A stretch of 44,301 nt of DNA from a virus, in the IMG/VR virus record IMGVR_UViG_3300033997_000053. The stretch is one strand, 5' to 3'. Below are positions 40,781 to 44,301 of the stretch, piece after piece. The notes below the pieces were generated by a model. It had not been told where the DNA came from. It saw nothing but the letters and a program-made list of their open reading frames with translations, and did not search any database. The position numbers and the translations under genes are program-made. Numbering within the stretch: position 1 is the stretch's first letter; each line of letters starts with the position of its first letter.

Positions 40781-41220
40781 ATCAATCAAAACAACCAGAG
40801 GCGCTGCGGCTGGCGCAAGAATTTGAAGACTGCGTGAAGGTGGACGCTATTCCGTCCATCAACGACATTGTGGAAGCAGCCGCTGAGCTGCGCCGCCTGC
40901 ACCAGCATGAGTTGGCACAGATAGAGTGGCTAGAGAAAACGGAATGGGTACAGAAAAGCGCGCGCCCAAGTGAACTTGGAAAGCACCGTGCAGATGTGAT
41001 TAGCGCCAGGATTGCTGAAAAGGATGCAGAAATTTGCCGCCTGCATGCCCGCGTGCAGGAGATAGAGTCAGCACAGGCACAGCGCATGCCGCTGAGTGAT
41101 GCAGCAATCCGAGATCTATACAGCGAAGAAGTCCATTGGGATATGGTCGCGCCTTATGTGATTGCATTCGCACGATCAATCGAAGCCGCCCACGGCATCA
41201 CACAGGAGAAGCAGGGATGA
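40777..41220 (+). CDS. hypothetical protein, 147 aa
   Basis: Track ORF between recT and the exonuclease gene, coupled at both ends. Confidence 0.6.
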   Translation: MNQSKQPEALRLAQEFEDCVKVDAIPSINDIVEAAAELRRLHQHELAQIEWLEKTEWVQKSARPSELGKHRADVISARIAEKDAEICRLHARVQEIESAQAQRMPLSDAAIRDLYSEEVHWDMVAPYVIAFARSIEAAHGITQEKQG

Positions 41221-41957
41221 CGTTCAAAATTCGCTGTTCCAGCCTGTCAAGCATCATGGCAGACCCGGTTGCGTATCCGCGCGAAGCAATGAGCGATGCC
41301 GAGCTAGAGGCGCTGGCATCAAAGAAGCGCACGCCTGAACAAGTGGCAATGCTGGATGCGGTCATGGCGCGCACGTTGTCAGCCGGTGCCAAGGAGCATA
41401 TTCACCAGATGGTCAAGCGCCATCTTTTTGACTACGACCAGCCGGAACTAGGAAGCAAGGAAGTACGCAAGGGAATCATGCAGGAAGGCGTGGCAATTGA
41501 TCTTTTGAGCGCGGTCAGTGGGGAGCTGTACACAAAGAACACTGTGCGGTTTAACAATGACTTCCTAACTGGTGAGCCTGACTTGCTGGCCGATGACCAC
41601 GGCAATGACACAAAATGTCCATGGTCGTGGGAGCAGTTCCCGCTGGTGGAAAGCATTGCGCGCGCCCAGGCCATCAAGGCAGGCTACGAATGGCAGAACC
41701 GGGGCTACATGCTGCTGACAGGCCTACCTAAGTGGGGCACAGCATATTGCATGGTTGACACGCCTTCGGAGCTGATGCCGCATTGGGAAAATCCAGATGT
41801 TCATAACCTGCACGGCATCCCGCTAAAGCAGCGAGTCACACAAGTGTGGTTTGAGCGCGACTTGGCGATTGAAAAAAGGATTGAACAAAAGTGCAAAGCT
41901 GCGCAAGAATACGCACAGAAACTAATCGCACAGTTTCACAAAGAAAAGGGGGAGTGA
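41217..41957 (+). CDS. PD-(D/E)XK recombination exonuclease (YqaJ / lambda Exo-like partner of RecT)
   Basis: ATG 41217 (ATGA coupling). Contains IRCSSLSSIM...GIMQEGVAIDLL...GEPDLL...DTKCPW. The call is supported by context with recT. Confidence 0.65.
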   Translation: MTFKIRCSSLSSIMADPVAYPREAMSDAELEALASKKRTPEQVAMLDAVMARTLSAGAKEHIHQMVKRHLFDYDQPELGSKEVRKGIMQEGVAIDLLSAVSGELYTKNTVRFNNDFLTGEPDLLADDHGNDTKCPWSWEQFPLVESIARAQAIKAGYEWQNRGYMLLTGLPKWGTAYCMVDTPSELMPHWENPDVHNLHGIPLKQRVTQVWFERDLAIEKRIEQKCKAAQEYAQKLIAQFHKEKGE

Positions 41958-42446
41958 ATGCGAACAAACGACAAGGCAATCAAGATCGCCAATCAGCTAC
42001 TCAAGGAAACGACCGCCACCGAATGTGGAGCGCGCCATAAGCTATGCATTGATGCCTCAAAGATCATCAAGCATTTGATCGAAAGCAATGAGTTTTTGCA
42101 AAAGCAGCTAGACAACCTCAAGGAAATGTCGGAGGACTTCAGCGACGTTCGGCTTGACACGTACCGGAAAGACAAAGAGATGATTGACTACATCAAGACG
42201 AATGCCAAATTCTTTACAGAAGGCGTCGTCGCAAGCAATCTCGGCATTTCAAAAAAGTACCTGCTGCTGCTTGCAAAAGAGCTGGGCGTTGAGTTTGATT
42301 GGGCAGAACTGCATCCAAAGATGCGCGATATTTATCCGCAGGGCCTGCCTAATGGGAGTGAGTATCTTATGGATACGCGCACAGACAAATACCTGATCCC
42401 TACGGCGTCCGGTGTTGTAACGCACGTTTTCTCGATGGATTTCTGA
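41958..42446 (+). CDS. hypothetical protein, 162 aa (AT-richer gene)
   Basis: Track ORF whose composition differs visibly from its neighbours. Confidence 0.55.
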   Translation: MRTNDKAIKIANQLLKETTATECGARHKLCIDASKIIKHLIESNEFLQKQLDNLKEMSEDFSDVRLDTYRKDKEMIDYIKTNAKFFTEGVVASNLGISKKYLLLLAKELGVEFDWAELHPKMRDIYPQGLPNGSEYLMDTRTDKYLIPTASGVVTHVFSMDF

Positions 42447-42504
42447 CATGGCAGCAAAAAAACCACTACTTGACTGGGCCTAGCATGGTCAGGTCATCAT
42501 CGAC

Positions 42505-42819
42505 ATGGCGCGCACGAAGTCGTGCACGCAGATCGCGGCTTACTATGGCGTTCACTCTGACCTTATCCGGCGCTGGCTGTGGCGGCGCGGAATCACTGCT
42601 GTAAAGCACGTTGAAACCATCAACACCAAGACAAAATCGGAAAACAAACACACAATCCAAGAATCAGTCAAAAACGCGCCCGTTGTCTGGCCTAAGTCAG
42701 TAAAGGTGCAAGTCATGCAGCGCGACCCACGCTATGACCAGTGGCGCGAGGAATACGACCCAAAGAAGCACGGCGGCGCGAGTGGGCAGGCTCCGGCGCG
42801 GGCGTTTAAACAGCATTGA
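42505..42819 (+). CDS. HTH-containing hypothetical protein, 104 aa
   Basis: CTQIAAYYGVHSDLIRRWLWRRG is HTH-like. Confidence 0.5.
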   Translation: MARTKSCTQIAAYYGVHSDLIRRWLWRRGITAVKHVETINTKTKSENKHTIQESVKNAPVVWPKSVKVQVMQRDPRYDQWREEYDPKKHGGASGQAPARAFKQH

Positions 42820-42831
42820 TGGAGAATGAAA

Positions 42832-43188
42832 ATGGCAAATGATCGTGAACTGCTGGAGCTGGCGGCAAAGACTTTGGAGCTAAACCTGTACAAAGCAGAT
42901 TCAAATGATGGTGGAGGATTTTATTTGTACAAAGATACGCCGTCAGGAAACAAAGAATTAACAGCCTGGAATCCTTTGGAAGAAGACGGCGACTGCGCGC
43001 GCATGGAGGCTGACGTGGGAATCAACCTGGAATGGGGAACCGATTTCGTTTGCGCGATTGACTTGGATGGCAATGAGGTGTGTGAATACTTCAAAGACCA
43101 CAACGGCGACAAGCAAGCAGCGCGCCGCATGGCAAGCCTGCGAGTAGCCTCAGACATTGGCCGCGCCATGCAATCCGACAAACGGTAG
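42832..43188 (+). CDS. hypothetical protein, 118 aa
   Basis: ggag lies 8 nt before ATG 42832 (42826 is also possible). Its stop TAG is part of the site-3 motif. Confidence 0.6.
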   Translation: MANDRELLELAAKTLELNLYKADSNDGGGFYLYKDTPSGNKELTAWNPLEEDGDCARMEADVGINLEWGTDFVCAIDLDGNEVCEYFKDHNGDKQAARRMASLRVASDIGRAMQSDKR

Positions 43189-43217
43189 TTGCCACTGCAT
43201 CAGATCAGTGGCACATT
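43175..43217 (+). promoter_or_regulatory. Promoter-like site 3 with the CCGACAAACGGTAG variant motif
   Basis: Motif at 43175-43188, TTGCCA at 43189-43194, 17-nt spacer containing gccactg...cagtggc, CACATT at 43212-43217. Confidence 0.6.
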
Positions 43218-43249
43218 AGAGCCATCGACAACGCGGCAGGAGCAGCACC

Positions 43250-43426
43250 ATGAAGAACCCAGACTACTTCAATCCCGACCACTTTGCCAAAGGCGAGTCC
43301 GTCAGCTACGGCGATTTCAAAGGGTCAATCGTGCGCCATTACTACGAAGGCATGTGGGAGGTGCGCCTTCCTGGTGGGATCGCATGCGTTAGCGGTTCGC
43401 AACTTCGCCGGATTCAACCAGCCTAA
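43250..43426 (+). CDS. hypothetical protein, 58 aa (below the ORF-track cutoff)
   Basis: Hand translation gives MKNPDYFNPDHFAKGESVSYGDFKGSIVRHYYEGMWEVRLPGGIACVSGSQLRRIQPA. aggag lies upstream. Confidence 0.5.
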   Translation: MKNPDYFNPDHFAKGESVSYGDFKGSIVRHYYEGMWEVRLPGGIACVSGSQLRRIQPA

Positions 43427-43490
43427 CCCAAGCGCAAAGCCCTGCGCTAAGGGCTTACCAACTAGATCAACCAACCACAAGGGGGATGAA

Positions 43491-44301
43491 ATGGAAAAAA
43501 CTTGCACAGGATGCGTAGTGAGCGCAGCGACGTACAAGCCAGCAGAGGCTGTGCACCAGAGTCACGAGCCGCAGACGAAAAAAACTGAGGCGCTGAGTTT
43601 GGCGGATTGGTTAACCCAAGGTGGGTGGCCATCTTATGTGCCGCAGGAAGCAGCCGCCGAACTGCTCCGCCTGCATGCCGAGAACGAGGCGCTGAAGAAG
43701 CAGATGGCAGCAGCACCGCAGGCAGTGCAGGCCGCCGTGCCGGAAGCAATTGAGCAGATGGCTGTAGATAGATACAAAGTCGTTCCGTCACACGAAAGCA
43801 TGTTCCATCGCTGGGCTGTTGTTGCTGGCAACGGAACACAGCAGCTTTACATTGGGCGCGAGGGTGAATGCCAGAACATGGCTCGAAAGTTCATGGGTGC
43901 GTTCTTGGACGGCGCATTTGTGGCCATGCAAAACGCCGCCCCCGCGCACCCCGCAGAGGGAGTGCCAGCGCAGGCCGTGGCAGTGGCAGATGCGCGTTCG
44001 GCGCGCCAAATTACGGACGCAATTGTGGAAAACTTCAAAGATGCCGGATGGTATGTGCCGTCCGTCGATGAAGCGCTAGTGCTGGAGGCTGTAAGTGCCG
44101 CTATCGTTGAGCATGGCGCTAGTGAACCGCTGACTGGCGTTGCCAGTGACGTTGACTCAATGGCTCGCGTGTTGATGGCCGCTTTTTCCAAGGCGGAGCC
44201 AGAGCACCCCATTACTCGGTATCCGACAAGTTTCGTGGCTACCTTCGCTGACATGGCCCGCGCTGCCCTTGCCGCCACCCAGCCAGCAGCGCAGGGGATG
44301 G
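43491..44301 (+). CDS. 5' part of a hypothetical protein gene that runs off the window end and continues at 1..264
   Basis: aaggggga precedes ATG 43491. I translated the frame by hand to 44301 without meeting a stop. It is absent from the ORF track because no stop lies inside the window. Confidence 0.7.
   Translation, partial: MEKTCTGCVVSAATYKPAEAVHQSHEPQTKKTEALSLADWLTQGGWPSYVPQEAAAELLRLHAENEALKKQMAAAPQAVQAAVPEAIEQMAVDRYKVVPSHESMFHRWAVVAGNGTQQLYIGREGECQNMARKFMGAFLDGAFVAMQNAAPAHPAEGVPAQAVAVADARSARQITDAIVENFKDAGWYVPSVDEALVLEAVSAAIVEHGASEPLTGVASDVDSMARVLMAAFSKAEPEHPITRYPTSFVATFADMARAALAATQPAAQGM
44199..44301. repeat. Terminal direct repeat, identical to 1-103
   Basis: Direct comparison of the two window ends. 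Confidence 0.95.

Noticed and set aside
43437-43456. The hairpin aagccct-gcgcta-agggctt after gene 43250..43426 as an intrinsic terminator
   Set aside because: No T-run follows the stem (accaactag comes next), and the downstream gene has no separate promoter-like site. It is probably only a weak structure or an mRNA-stability element.

Overview
The window is a complete, circularly closed tailed-phage genome. Bases 1-103 are identical to 44199-44301, so the unit length is 44198 bp, and one ORF reads in frame across that junction. The genes form three blocks. (1) A long + strand block (about 264-27204) starts with small early-type genes and two HNH-AP2 endonucleases. It continues with terS/terL, portal, a Mu-F-like head protein, a DUF2213-type scaffold/protease and the capsid. 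It then carries a contractile-tail module (sheath, tube, frameshifted chaperone, tape measure, baseplate V/W/J, DUF2612, fibre plus fibre chaperone) and ends with a lysis cassette. (2) A - strand block (38225 down to 27301) holds an HTH protein, Rha/Ant, a replication initiator, DnaB, a third HNH, NinB, an HD-domain hydrolase, NinG and dUTPase. (3) A + strand block (38336-44301, continuing into block 1) holds RecT, a PD-(D/E)XK exonuclease and small genes. I found no integrase, no CI-size repressor, no tRNA and no CRISPR array. The observations most worth following up are these. (a) A roughly 700-nt coding void (1039-1738) lies between a sigma70-like promoter and a long intrinsic terminator. 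It folds into three paralogous stem-loop modules with compensatory base changes, so it is a candidate large structured RNA of unrecognised family. (b) A 14-nt motif, CCGACGAACGGTAG, sits at a fixed position just upstream of the -35 of six promoter-like sites on both strands. (c) Iteron-like 12-bp tandem repeats plus interleaved inverted repeats lie inside the replication-initiator gene. (d) The lysis cassette has no recognisable spanins but carries unusual membrane proteins. (e) An alarmone-hydrolase-like HD protein is encoded in the early arm. All functional calls come from motifs read by eye. No database search was run.
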